From positions 1-34,361 of IMG/VR virus record IMGVR_UViG_3300032243_000035: a stretch of 34,361 nt of DNA; one strand, given 5' to 3'. This DNA is from a virus. Within the stretch, counting starts at the first letter, position 1. Each line of letters begins with the position of its first letter. A model generated the notes under the pieces. The model saw only the letters and a list, made by a program, of their open reading frames with translations. It did no database searches and had not been told where the DNA came from. Made by a program: the position numbers and the translations under genes. Shown piece by piece: positions 1 to 8,610 of this stretch.

Positions 1-123
1 CGATAGTGAACGTGTCACCAGCGTTGAGGTTCAAAGTACCTGTGTTAGCAGCAGTCACAGTAATAGTGCTTGAAGATGCCCAACCAGAGGTCAAGAATCC
101 AGTAGCAGTAGTAGTAGCGACAG
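1..123. repeat. Left copy of an exact 123-bp terminal duplication (identical to 34239-34361). It is either a circular-assembly overlap or terminal redundancy.
   Basis: Base-by-base comparison of the first 123 nt with the last 123 nt shows identity. Sequence after 123 continues the capsid ORF that ends the window. Confidence 0.9.
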
Positions 124-808
124 AGCCAGTCACAGTAGTTGTGCTGTTGTTACCAAAGGTTTGTGCAACCACGTTTTGGTCAAGTTTCCAGTTCATGCCA
201 CCAGAATCACGGCCCATCAATCCCTTGCGGTATTGTTCGCCAATGGCTTCTTGTGGTACGAATAAACCTTTCAAGCTGTCAACAATGGTTGCAGATGTAA
301 AGGGTTCAACGATACATGAACGGCGGCCATCACGGGGTGCGCCTTCAGAGTCAAGGTAAGCACCAGCGGTCAAGTAGGTGATTAAACCTGTGGGTGGTGT
401 ACCAGCAGTGCCAACAATGTTAGCGGTCTGCAAAGTAGCCATTGCCAAACCGTCACGGTCAATCTTGTTAGCGATTGCTGCAACAGCAGGCTTTAACACG
501 CGGTCAGAGAACATATCCAATGACAACGCCAAGTCTTGGGTTGTAAATTGGGTGTCCACGTGGAACTGAGTGTTTAAGACTACGGGAACGCTTGTCTCGT
601 TGAAATCTTCAACGTTCAAAGCAGGGCCGGTTGTACCGATAAAACGACCAGGTCTGCGGACGTTAACGGTGTTACCGATTTTTGCGCCTACTACGGCGAA
701 TTGATCGTCATAATTACGATCCACCTCCGACGTAAATGTAAGCTCATTTTCTAACACCATAAGTGCTTCATTAGTAATTTTTGATATCGTGAGAAGTTGA
801 TTTGCCAC
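1..808 (-). CDS. Major capsid protein, P22 coat-like, N-terminal part. The gene continues across the circular junction into 33790-34238.
   Basis: GTG start at 808 lies 7 nt after a GGAG. My translation reads MANQLLTISKITNEALMVLENELTFTSEVDRNYDDQFAVVGAKIGNTVNVRRPGRF, typical of the P22 coat family N-terminus. The frame is continuous with 33790-34332 (808+449=1257 nt, 418 aa). The ORF track misses it because it runs off the window edge. Confidence 0.85.
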   Translation of the reverse strand, partial: MANQLLTISKITNEALMVLENELTFTSEVDRNYDDQFAVVGAKIGNTVNVRRPGRFIGTTGPALNVEDFNETSVPVVLNTQFHVDTQFTTQDLALSLDMFSDRVLKPAVAAIANKIDRDGLAMATLQTANIVGTAGTPPTGLITYLTAGAYLDSEGAPRDGRRSCIVEPFTSATIVDSLKGLFVPQEAIGEQYRKGLMGRDSGGMNWKLDQNVVAQTFGNNSTTTVTGSVATTTATGFLTSGWASSSTITVTAANTGTLNLNAGDTFTI

Positions 809-832
809 TTTATTACTCCAAAAAGATTAGGT

Positions 833-1729
833 TTACTTGATTTTTCCGCTTTTGCGCTGGTTCTTCCATTGTGCATACGTTCCATGAAACTCCCCATCGG
901 AGCCAATTGGTACATCTGCTGCAGAAGTCCCACCACGAATCGGATTGATCGGGGCTGGTGCTTTACTTTTAGCCACAGTTTCAGTTTTGGCATTTGGTTT
1001 TACGGCAAACCGTTCTTCCAACTTCCCTATCTCTCGCAATGCCGCTTTGGGCGACATTCCAGCTATTTTCTTGCCAAGATCGTCATTTTCAGCTAGGTGG
1101 TACAGGATTTGTGGTCCTACATCACTCTCCAGAATTGCATCTCTAATGTCATCATTAACAACAACATCACTAGATGCTACGACCTCATCAAAATCAGGCA
1201 TTGATCCTTTGGCTGATTGCACCTTAGTCGCCCAAGTCTCTATGACCTTTTGGCGCTGAACTGCTACCTTTTCCTCTGCATCTCGCCTGTCTCGTTCCGC
1301 TAACGCTTTTTCTGTTGAAAACTCTGCAAGAGCTTTAGCATACTCAAAAGCATCCTGGAACTGGCTGGGTTGCGGCTCTTCATCAATGTTTCGCGCTGGA
1401 GGTCTGTTTTGCTGCTCTAAAGCCGCTAAACGTTGTTCTAACGCTACTCTTTGCTCACGTTCATGTTGCGCTTCTTTACGCGCTTCTTCCCGCTGCCTAG
1501 TTATGTCTGAAAACCGCTTCTCAAGTTTCGGATTCTGCTTCTTTTCTTCTGTGGGTTTAGCGTCATCCTCTGCTTCAGGTTTACTCTGCTCTGCTTCCAC
1601 TACCGGCTCGGTCGGAGTTTCCTCAACAACCGCCTCGGAAGCTTCACGATCAGCTAAACCTAATCTGTTTGCATAAAAATCCGCTGAATTCTCGCTGGTC
1701 ACTACTGACCCTGCTTCTTTTTCCGACAT
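833..1729 (-). CDS. Scaffolding protein (298 aa, acidic, coiled-coil rich).
   Basis: Lies between portal and coat. E/K/Q/A-rich helical sequence with a conserved-looking ILYHLAENDDLGKKIAGMSPKAALREIGKLE segment. GAGG precedes the ATG. Confidence 0.7.
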   Translation of the reverse strand: MSEKEAGSVVTSENSADFYANRLGLADREASEAVVEETPTEPVVEAEQSKPEAEDDAKPTEEKKQNPKLEKRFSDITRQREEARKEAQHEREQRVALEQRLAALEQQNRPPARNIDEEPQPSQFQDAFEYAKALAEFSTEKALAERDRRDAEEKVAVQRQKVIETWATKVQSAKGSMPDFDEVVASSDVVVNDDIRDAILESDVGPQILYHLAENDDLGKKIAGMSPKAALREIGKLEERFAVKPNAKTETVAKSKAPAPINPIRGGTSAADVPIGSDGEFHGTYAQWKNQRKSGKIK

Positions 1730-1749
1730 GAGTTACCTCAAGAATTAAC

Positions 1750-1790
1750 CCAGTTGACCCAACTGGTAAGGATGTGTGGTTTTTACCACA
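1750..1790 (-). promoter_or_regulatory. Two adjacent RNA hairpins in the portal-scaffold intergenic spacer.
   Basis: CCAGTTG/CAACTGG (1750-1766, 3-nt loop) and TGTGG/CCACA (1775-1790, 6-nt loop). Neither is followed by a U-run. Function unknown; possibly a processing or stability element. Confidence 0.3.
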
Positions 1791-1793
1791 AAA

Positions 1794-3908
1794 TTATTGT
1801 TGTGTCAATGGGTTTGCACCTTGTGCAATGTCTTGCGTGGCAAACGTCATAGCTTGCATTTGGTCAGTATCACGCCTTTGAATCTCTTGCATTAATCGGC
1901 TAGTGTCCATGTGGTGCAACATAAGCTGAACAATTGCATCAAGCTCAGTCTTGTTTTGGCTTGTAACGGCACGGGTGTTTTGGTCATTTACTTTGACCTC
2001 GGCCATTGTTTCGGTGTTATGGGCGCGGGCTGTTACGTCCATCAACTTGCGTTTGTTTTCGTTGTCCTGCTTGACTTGCTCAATGTCCTGACGCTGCTTA
2101 ATCATCATCTGCATTTGCTGCATTTGTTGTTGCATCTGTTGCAACTGCTGTTTGCTTTGCGCCAGTTGCATCTGTACTTGCGGAGGAATTGGGCTTTTTT
2201 CGTCAACTTGGGACAAAGGATTAAGCGTAGCCAAGCGGTCAGCAATGGTGTCAGCGCCGGGGAAGTCCATGTTGCGGAAGATTAAATCACCAGCGGTCTG
2301 CATCAGGCTTGGATCAGCCGACAACATACCCATCATGGATTCCACAGCCTCTTGGCGCTTGCTGTTGTAACCTGGACCTGTCTCCATCACCACGTCATAC
2401 TCACCAACAGTCACGTTATTAAGCACTTCACCCACAGCATTACGCTCGTTTAACGTAATTAACTCAGGCTTGCCATCGTCACCAATGATCCGCATTACGC
2501 GCTCTGAGTCGTAAATCTTAGGAATCAAATCAAGAATGATCTTGCCAGTGTGCGATATAGAACGCGTTAAGTTGTCGTAATAGTCAAAGTTTGTCAGGTC
2601 AACTTGTTGTTGCTGGCCGTTCAACGATTTGCCTGAAATATTGCCTGTACGCATTTGATTTGGGTCAAATATGCCCATAATCGCCTGCAAATCTTCATTG
2701 ATTGCGCCAGCAGCGGCCATCACACCAGCAGGAGGTGGCTCAGGCTGTAAACGCGTTGGGGGTGGCGCTGGTTGACCTTCAATGTCGCGTTGCTTATATC
2801 TCAAATAAGCAGTGGACTTGATATTAGCCGATGCCCAATCATTCTCATGACCCTCGTCTTGACCTTCTGCCATGATCCACTTGGCTTTAGGCGCCAAAGC
2901 AATGCTTTCGGTCAGGCTGGTCTGCCAAAAGTTATACATACGCTGTGGGTCTTTGGCGTGGCGAATCATGCCAAACTTTTTGCGTTTGTTACCAATTACA
3001 ACGTGGCGGCCATAAACAGGAACTACAGGAATGTAACGACCTGGCCAATCACGCTCTTCAATAACTTCAATGGCGGTCATCTTGCGCCACTTAATTGTTT
3101 TCTTGTAGCTAGAACGCTCATCAATTACGGTCAAGCCAGCCATGCTAATGCGGTCAAAGAAATCCTTACCATCAGCAAACTTCATTGTCCCATCAGACAA
3201 ATGGTAAAGCGTAGCCTTTTCCCGCACCGTGTAGAAATATTCGGCTAAGCGTATATCCTCTTTAGTAATCCATTCGGACTGACTATCCCCAGTACCACGC
3301 TGGGTGAAGCTGGTTCCATCGTCACAGTCAGGATACTGTGCGCGGAATACTTCTTTGGACATCATTGTGGTTATCAGGCACTTTTCAGCGTCAGAACCAT
3401 CAGGCGCAATACTGTTTGGGTCCCAATAAACTGTAAACGGGTTATCCACAGGGTCAATAAAGATGTCCTGATCAAACGAGTCTTCGCGTACATAGCGGGT
3501 GTTGATACGCCAATATCCCCACCCCATGCGTACAGCGTAATCAAACGCGTTGTCGTAGGCATGGTCGGCGTTACTATTTACTTCAATGTGTCTTACCACG
3601 CCTGAAATCACCTGTGCGGTCTTAGCATCTGCTTGAGTGTTGATAGCGTGTACCTTGATGCGTGGGCGTTGCTGGCGCTGCTGATTGGTTACTTGACGAC
3701 AATAAGTATCAAGTTTGTTGATCGTAAGTATTGGGCGGGATTCTAAGTTGCGGCTGTTTTGCAACTCAACTGGCCATTGATCGCCATTTACAAACTTTAA
3801 GTCTTCTGTAGCTTCTTGACGATTCATAGTGTCTGCGTCATTGCAGAACTTAAGGAAGTCAATGGCTTCGTCAATTATTGAGTCGTAATCGTCCATTAGC
3901 CCATCCAA
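1794..3908 (-). CDS. Portal protein, P22-like (704 aa).
   Basis: N-terminal LKFVNGDQWP...RPILTINKL motif of P22-type portals. Has a long C-terminal Q-rich coiled coil (QQLQQMQQQMQQMQMMIKQRQ) resembling the P22 portal barrel. Follows terL. An alternative start lies at 3896. Confidence 0.9.
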   Translation of the reverse strand: MDGLMDDYDSIIDEAIDFLKFCNDADTMNRQEATEDLKFVNGDQWPVELQNSRNLESRPILTINKLDTYCRQVTNQQRQQRPRIKVHAINTQADAKTAQVISGVVRHIEVNSNADHAYDNAFDYAVRMGWGYWRINTRYVREDSFDQDIFIDPVDNPFTVYWDPNSIAPDGSDAEKCLITTMMSKEVFRAQYPDCDDGTSFTQRGTGDSQSEWITKEDIRLAEYFYTVREKATLYHLSDGTMKFADGKDFFDRISMAGLTVIDERSSYKKTIKWRKMTAIEVIEERDWPGRYIPVVPVYGRHVVIGNKRKKFGMIRHAKDPQRMYNFWQTSLTESIALAPKAKWIMAEGQDEGHENDWASANIKSTAYLRYKQRDIEGQPAPPPTRLQPEPPPAGVMAAAGAINEDLQAIMGIFDPNQMRTGNISGKSLNGQQQQVDLTNFDYYDNLTRSISHTGKIILDLIPKIYDSERVMRIIGDDGKPELITLNERNAVGEVLNNVTVGEYDVVMETGPGYNSKRQEAVESMMGMLSADPSLMQTAGDLIFRNMDFPGADTIADRLATLNPLSQVDEKSPIPPQVQMQLAQSKQQLQQMQQQMQQMQMMIKQRQDIEQVKQDNENKRKLMDVTARAHNTETMAEVKVNDQNTRAVTSQNKTELDAIVQLMLHHMDTSRLMQEIQRRDTDQMQAMTFATQDIAQGANPLTQQ

Positions 3909-5179
3909 GAATGTTGGCCACCGTACATTGGCAGCGGTTTTGCTTTCCTACGCTCTTTCGGTTCGTTAATCATCAAGCCAATATACCGAAACGCATCTGC
4001 GCCATGTGAATACTGGTCATGCAGCGGGTTACGGCTAAATTGCTTGGTGTCAGGGTCGACCTCATAGCGGTAGTGCCTGAGACATTGTAAACCATCGTGG
4101 CAATTTTCTCTATCAAAATAGCATGACCTAAAAATAGTACGCGCCGCGTTGATGCTGTCAACTATTGGCGTTCTAGGGATTATCCTAGTCTTATAACCTG
4201 CCGCCCTAACAATTTCCTCAATGGATCGCCCCGCAGCAGCCAGCGTCTTGTTTTCCGCATCATGCGGCAACCACAACGTGTCGTAAACATATCCATACTT
4301 TTGCATTTCAGCTAAATAATGGCTAATAGTCTGCTGGTTGTCTTCCATGTACCGAATTAATCGGGTTTCCATGCCAATAAACTGGAGAAACCATATAGCT
4401 GTGGAATCTGCCCATCCCAAGTCAAATACAGCGTGTACGGGCTTTGTAGCGTCATAAGGTACGCGGGTTATGCGGCTCTCTAACTCTGCAAGCTGCATCT
4501 CTTTAGCAAAGATAGCACCATCCACCGTTTGTCGGCATAAACCTTCCCAAACCGTGTTGTACGCCTCAGGGTCACGGTACTTAAGCGCTTCTTTTTCTTC
4601 CCGCAATGTGTCAGGAAACCAAGGATTGTCTGACCAGTTAACCTTTTGGACTAATGCATTGTTGGGTGTATTAATGACAAACCGCTGGTAAGTTTCGTCC
4701 GTTTCTAGTTCAGGGTTAAACGTTATCCATATCTCCGAATCTTGCTTACGGATGGTAGGTATAAGCACATTCCAGCTTTGGCGGCTAGTTGTTTGGGCTT
4801 CTTCTACCCACGCTATATCCACGCCCTCATAAGATTTAACATTGGCTACATTGTTCTTTAGGCCAATAAAGCTAAATTCCGAACCGTTCTTGCCGCGGAT
4901 GCTGTTTTGCGTTATTTCATAAAAGTTAAGCAATCCTAAAGCAATGATTTGGTCGCACAACAGCTTATGCACCGAATCCCTAATAGATGTTTGAAACTCA
5001 CGGGCGCAAAGTATGCGTAACGGGTCTTTGGCGGCTTTAATAAGCAACGCCCTTGCCACACCCCAAGACTTAGCACCGCCACGCCCACCATATAGGACTT
5101 TGTACCGGCTTTTCTCAAACAAGCATTGCAGCTTTAGCGGGAACTCTGCCTTTGCTATTGCTTGGCTAACTTCATTCAT
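3896..5179 (-). CDS. terL: Terminase large subunit (427 aa, PBSX/Terminase_3-like).
   Basis: Walker A YGGRGGAKSWG near the N-terminus and a C-terminal nuclease-like half. Overlaps terS by 8 nt and abuts the portal gene. Confidence 0.9.
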   Translation of the reverse strand: MNEVSQAIAKAEFPLKLQCLFEKSRYKVLYGGRGGAKSWGVARALLIKAAKDPLRILCAREFQTSIRDSVHKLLCDQIIALGLLNFYEITQNSIRGKNGSEFSFIGLKNNVANVKSYEGVDIAWVEEAQTTSRQSWNVLIPTIRKQDSEIWITFNPELETDETYQRFVINTPNNALVQKVNWSDNPWFPDTLREEKEALKYRDPEAYNTVWEGLCRQTVDGAIFAKEMQLAELESRITRVPYDATKPVHAVFDLGWADSTAIWFLQFIGMETRLIRYMEDNQQTISHYLAEMQKYGYVYDTLWLPHDAENKTLAAAGRSIEEIVRAAGYKTRIIPRTPIVDSINAARTIFRSCYFDRENCHDGLQCLRHYRYEVDPDTKQFSRNPLHDQYSHGADAFRYIGLMINEPKERRKAKPLPMYGGQHSWMG

Positions 5180-5510
5180 TAGGCTTTACAAACGTCACTT
5201 GAATGCCTTGTAACGCCTCGCCATCAGCGCCAGTAAGCTCATTCTTAACTGTTTCACTCCATCGCATTTGGCTTTTTGTCCACCAAATCAAGCTAGTAGT
5301 GTCCCCGCCCACGGCTTTGCTATACAAGGTTTTAGCAATTTGCCCATTGGCTTTAGCCTTGCCCATATTTAACTCATGGCGATAATACTTACGCAAAGTC
5401 TTGTCATCAATGCCAATTAACACCGCTATAGATTCGTGCGGCAAGCCTAACCCACTGCTAGATTCAACCAGTTTTTGGGTTTCAGGTGTTGGCAAATGTT
5501 CGTGATTCAT
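5172..5510 (-). CDS. terS: Putative terminase small subunit (112 aa, HTH).
   Basis: Immediately upstream of and overlapping terL. Carries an HTH-like segment (HESIAVLIGIDDKTLRKYY) and an LIWWTKSQMRWSE motif seen in small terminases. Confidence 0.6.
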   Translation of the reverse strand: MNHEHLPTPETQKLVESSSGLGLPHESIAVLIGIDDKTLRKYYRHELNMGKAKANGQIAKTLYSKAVGGDTTSLIWWTKSQMRWSETVKNELTGADGEALQGIQVTFVKPNE

Positions 5511-5535
5511 TTTATAGAGGGGAATTTAGCCAATA

Positions 5536-6696
5536 TTACACATTTTCGGTTACTTCTGTCAATAGAACGGCTTTCTTACCTGTAAAGTCTTCCCACCGCT
5601 TCACTATTACATCGCAATACTTGGGGTCTAGCTCCATTAGCCTGGCGTGTCGGTTTTGCTTTTCACACGCAATTAATGTGCTACCACTGCCACCAAAATA
5701 ATCCAATACTATGTTGTTAACCTTGGTGCTGTTTTTAATTGCCCGTTCACTTAGCGCTGTTGGCTTTTGCGTAGGGTGAACGTATTTAGTGTCTTTGGCA
5801 ATGTTCCACAAGTCAGATTCGTTTTTAATGCTTGGGTCAATTAAGCCATCAAACACAATAAACTCATGTTGATGCCTGTAACCCCTACCTAAACCAAACA
5901 CATTTTTTGCCCAAACAATGCAGGTTTTTGGCTTTAATGCTGTTTGCAAAATGCCATAAAACGCCCAATTGCAACAAATGTAATAGCTGTTCGGTCTAAA
6001 TGCCTCAAAGGTTTGCAACCAATCTTTTATAAAATCTGCAAATTGCTCTTCAGGCAAATTATCATTTTTAATTACATCAAATTTACCACTTCTACCATTA
6101 AATGCCACATTATAAGGTGGGTCAGTAAACACCATATCAGCAAGCTGGCCTAGTAACAATTCTTGTACTGCATCCACACTAGTGCTATCGCCACACATTA
6201 AACGGTGGTTGCCTAACTGGTAAATGTCGCCTAACTTAGTAATTGGCTCATCAGGCACGTCAGGTACAGCGTCCTCGTCCGTTAATCCCTCAACCACTTC
6301 CGGCTCTAACAAGGCATCTAACTCTTTGGTGTCAAAACCTAGCAATTCCAACGCAAACCCTTCTGCCAGCAAGTCGTTAAGCTCAATGGTTAGCATTTCA
6401 TTGTCCCAGCCAGCGTTAAGCGCTAGGCGGTTGTCGGAAATGATGTAGGCTTTCTTTTGAGTTTCGGTAAGGTCAGCCAGCTCTATGGTTGGCACTTCGG
6501 TGTAGCCCAGCTTACGCGCAGCCATAAGGCGCCCATGGCCGGCAATAATGCCGTTGTTTCCATCTACCAATATTGGGTTAGTCCAGCCAAATTCCTTAAT
6601 GCTTGCCGCTATTTGTGCCACTTGCTCATCGCTGTGGGTGCGACTGTTTTTTACATAAGGAATTAGTTCTGTGACCTTCTTCTGAGTAATTTTCAC
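5536..6696 (-). CDS. ParB-like nuclease domain fused to a beta-class N6A/N4C DNA methyltransferase (386 aa).
   Basis: The N-terminus (PILVDGNNGIIAGHGRLMAARKLG) is ParB/Srx-like. Motif IV FTDPPYN comes before motif I DYFGGSGST, the order seen in the N6_N4_Mtase family. Confidence 0.85.
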   Translation of the reverse strand: MKITQKKVTELIPYVKNSRTHSDEQVAQIAASIKEFGWTNPILVDGNNGIIAGHGRLMAARKLGYTEVPTIELADLTETQKKAYIISDNRLALNAGWDNEMLTIELNDLLAEGFALELLGFDTKELDALLEPEVVEGLTDEDAVPDVPDEPITKLGDIYQLGNHRLMCGDSTSVDAVQELLLGQLADMVFTDPPYNVAFNGRSGKFDVIKNDNLPEEQFADFIKDWLQTFEAFRPNSYYICCNWAFYGILQTALKPKTCIVWAKNVFGLGRGYRHQHEFIVFDGLIDPSIKNESDLWNIAKDTKYVHPTQKPTALSERAIKNSTKVNNIVLDYFGGSGSTLIACEKQNRHARLMELDPKYCDVIVKRWEDFTGKKAVLLTEVTENV

Positions 6697-6857
6697 TTTT
6701 TTGCGGTCTTAGCCGATTCCTTAAATGCTTTAGCGGTGGGTGCGCCTTTAGTGCCAGGCGTTCTCATCTTTTCCACAGGTTTACCTTCTGCCTTTTCACG
6801 GGCGATACGTTCCTGTTTTTTATGAATATTGGCATAGAGTCCAGGTTTAGTAGCCAT
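6693..6857 (-). CDS. Small basic hypothetical protein (54 aa, start MATKPGLYANIHKKQ).
   Basis: The ATG at 6857 lies 1 nt after the upstream stop. The longer ORF-track start would overlap the upstream gene. Confidence 0.5.
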   Translation of the reverse strand: MATKPGLYANIHKKQERIAREKAEGKPVEKMRTPGTKGAPTAKAFKESAKTAKK

Positions 6858-6858
6858 T

Positions 6859-7128
6859 TTAACAATTCCAGTTCTTAAGTGATGCTTTAGCACGTTCTGC
6901 CGGTCCCTTGGCGTTCTTTACTACACCTTCCATTCGCGCACAAAATGAGGCTTTGCGACCCTCATCTTTTTTCGTCTTTGGATTAGGAGCCGGTGCTTTG
7001 AGGTTGCTGCCGTTCTTGGCGTTGTATTCAGCACGACCCTTCGCGGTCATTCCCGCACCTTGGTCAGTTGGGTTATAGGTCTTACCCTTACCCGTTGTCT
7101 TGTGAGCAATTGGCTTGTCGTGCTTCAT
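6859..7128 (-). CDS. Hypothetical basic protein (89 aa).
   Basis: ORF in the operon frame series. Its ATG overlaps the upstream stop (ATGA). Confidence 0.5.
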   Translation of the reverse strand: MKHDKPIAHKTTGKGKTYNPTDQGAGMTAKGRAEYNAKNGSNLKAPAPNPKTKKDEGRKASFCARMEGVVKNAKGPAERAKASLKNWNC

Positions 7129-7262
7129 TTCTTCTTCTTTTCCGCTTCACGCTTAACCGAGTAAGCAATGGCCACTGCCTGCTTTACAGGCTTACCGGCT
7201 TTTATCTCGGTCTTAATGTTTTTCTCAAACGCTTTCGGGCTGGTCGATTTCTTGAGTGGCAT
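7125..7262 (-). CDS. Small basic protein (45 aa: MPLKKSTSPKAFEKNIKTEIKAGKPVKQAVAIAYSVKREAEKKKK). Not in the ORF track.
   Basis: GGAG lies 7 nt upstream of the ATG at 7262. ATGA overlap with the next gene. Overlaps the end of 7225-7392 by 38 nt. Confidence 0.45.
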   Translation of the reverse strand: MPLKKSTSPKAFEKNIKTEIKAGKPVKQAVAIAYSVKREAEKKKK

Positions 7263-7392
7263 CTGATTTCTCCAGTTCAACTAAAATCCATTGACATTGT
7301 TGCAACGCACCATTAATTTGGTGTATTTGTTGTTCCAGCTCGCGTCCTTTGGACATCAAGTCTTGAATTCTTAAATTAATTAACTCTCTCAT
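7225..7392 (-). CDS. Hypothetical coiled-coil protein (55 aa from MRELINLRIQDL).
   Basis: GGAGG upstream. ATGA overlap with the GroES-like stop. Confidence 0.5.
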   Translation of the reverse strand: MRELINLRIQDLMSKGRELEQQIHQINGALQQCQWILVELEKSDATQEIDQPESV

Positions 7393-7649
7393 GTTTCCTC
7401 CACAATAGCACAAATGTCAGCTTCTTGAATGATTTGATAGTCTTGACCATCAATCCTATGGGTTGGCCAATTCAAATAATCGCCATTCCCATACTTGATG
7501 AAATCGCCTGGTTGCGTATCAGTCACATCAGGACCTACCGCAATGACGGTTCCCTCGTTAAAGGGTTCTTTGTTGTTAACGTAAATAATGTCGCTTATGT
7601 GCCGCATTTGGGGCTTAACGACAACGCGATCAAATAGAGGTTTTAGCAT
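7389..7649 (-). CDS. GroES/Cpn10-like co-chaperonin (86 aa).
   Basis: MLKPLFDRVVVKP...GTVIAVGPDV...GDFIKY...ADICAIVE follows the Cpn10 pattern (LkPLgDRVlVk...G.V.AVG...GD.V....dIlaiv). GAGAGGAAAG lies upstream of the ATG at 7649. Confidence 0.65.
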   Translation of the reverse strand: MLKPLFDRVVVKPQMRHISDIIYVNNKEPFNEGTVIAVGPDVTDTQPGDFIKYGNGDYLNWPTHRIDGQDYQIIQEADICAIVEET

Positions 7650-7845
7650 CTGCTTTCCTCTCATATTTACGCTTTGGCTTGTCTTCTGCAATAAAAGCAG
7701 GAAAACTAATAACTTCAGCCGTTGTTGCAAATTCGCCACAACCTTCGTTTCTGTGTCGGTTCACAAAAGCGGGATAACGCCTGCATTGACCCATTTGCCC
7801 TAAATCGGCAAAGTGTCTACAAGCACTACAATTACCATCAGACAT
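7630..7845 (-). CDS. Small Cys-rich hypothetical protein (71 aa).
   Basis: GGAG lies 5 nt upstream. CSACRHF...GQCRRYP...CGEF suggests a zinc-binding fold. Confidence 0.55.
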   Translation of the reverse strand: MSDGNCSACRHFADLGQMGQCRRYPAFVNRHRNEGCGEFATTAEVISFPAFIAEDKPKRKYERKADAKTSI

Positions 7846-7908
7846 CTCAACTCCTATTTAGTTGTTTTGTTTAGTGGCGCTAGGGCTTTGACCCCTAGCT
7901 GCCACGCC

Positions 7909-8238
7909 TTAGTCTTGAACGTGGGACATACGTTTGTGGTCGTAGCAATTAGATTCGCTAGAACCACCTTTCATTTCACCCATACGGCCATCATGTTTAC
8001 CCATGTGGCTAGCTTCGCGCAAACCAATACCGTCCATCTTGCCCATGCCAACACCGCCTTCAATGGGACGCTTGCGTTCACCGCTGGTGTCGCTGCTTAA
8101 TGCGCCTTTAGGGGGTGTAGCACCAGTCATAGACTTGGTAGCAACTTCACGATCCATCTTAGGAACGCTTACTTTCTTTTGGCCAGTCATGTCTGAACTC
8201 GTGGCGTTTGGAATCATCTTCTTCATTTCGTAACCCAT
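7909..8238 (-). CDS. Hypothetical Met/Gly/Lys-rich protein (109 aa from MGYEMKKM).
   Basis: AAGGAAAA lies upstream of the ATG at 8238. The longer ORF-track N-terminus has no RBS support. Confidence 0.5.
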   Translation of the reverse strand: MGYEMKKMIPNATSSDMTGQKKVSVPKMDREVATKSMTGATPPKGALSSDTSGERKRPIEGGVGMGKMDGIGLREASHMGKHDGRMGEMKGGSSESNCYDHKRMSHVQD

Positions 8239-8293
8239 TTTGTTTTCCTTGCAAGGTGAATGGAACGCCCATTTTATATGAAATTTGGGCTTG

Positions 8294-8485
8294 TCAACTA
8301 TTTTCTTTTTTCCATTGTAAAGCGTTTTCTTCTTTGATTTCCTTTTGTATGCCAGCACTCATACGGAAAAACATACGAATCCACTTAATCCCGCCAAGCC
8401 TTTGGTACTCAGCCCATTCCGATTGTGTAAGGCGTAGCGTGATTGCTCTGCCCATCTCTGTCTTTTCTTTCATTTCAATCCACAT
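8294..8485 (-). CDS. Hypothetical protein (63 aa).
   Basis: ORF in series with its neighbours. Its start overlaps the stop of the preceding small membrane ORF. Confidence 0.45.
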   Translation of the reverse strand: MWIEMKEKTEMGRAITLRLTQSEWAEYQRLGGIKWIRMFFRMSAGIQKEIKEENALQWKKENS

Positions 8486-8585
8486 TCTGTATTAAATACA
8501 ATGCCCAAATCAGTATTGCACCAAACGCAATAACGACAAAAGCACCAAAAAACATTAACATAAAGGTTACAGCTACATCCCACAT
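8475..8585 (-). CDS. Small single-TM peptide (36 aa: MWDVAVTFMLMFFGAFVVIAFGAILIWALYLIQNVD). Not in the ORF track.
   Basis: Strong GGAGG upstream. Hydrophobic core of about 23 aa. Confidence 0.5.
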   Translation of the reverse strand: MWDVAVTFMLMFFGAFVVIAFGAILIWALYLIQNVD

Positions 8586-8610
8586 TTCATACCTCCAAGT
8601 TGTATTTTTA

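Noticed and set aside
6-569. Plus-strand ORFs 6-359 and 378-569 at the left end.
   Set aside because: They lie antisense to the clearly recognisable coat-protein frame (1-808, minus strand). Their V/A/T-rich translations are shadow-frame artefacts with no RBS.
751-993. Minus-strand 80-aa ORF spanning the scaffold/coat junction.
   Set aside because: It runs out of frame across the scaffold stop (833) and the GTG start plus RBS of the coat gene (808). Both flanking genes explain the region better.
2772-3248. 158-aa plus-strand ORF, along with 1911-2285, 2152-2370, 4470-4691 and similar plus-strand ORFs inside portal and terminase.
   Set aside because: They are antisense to strongly supported genes, lack RBSs and have atypical composition.
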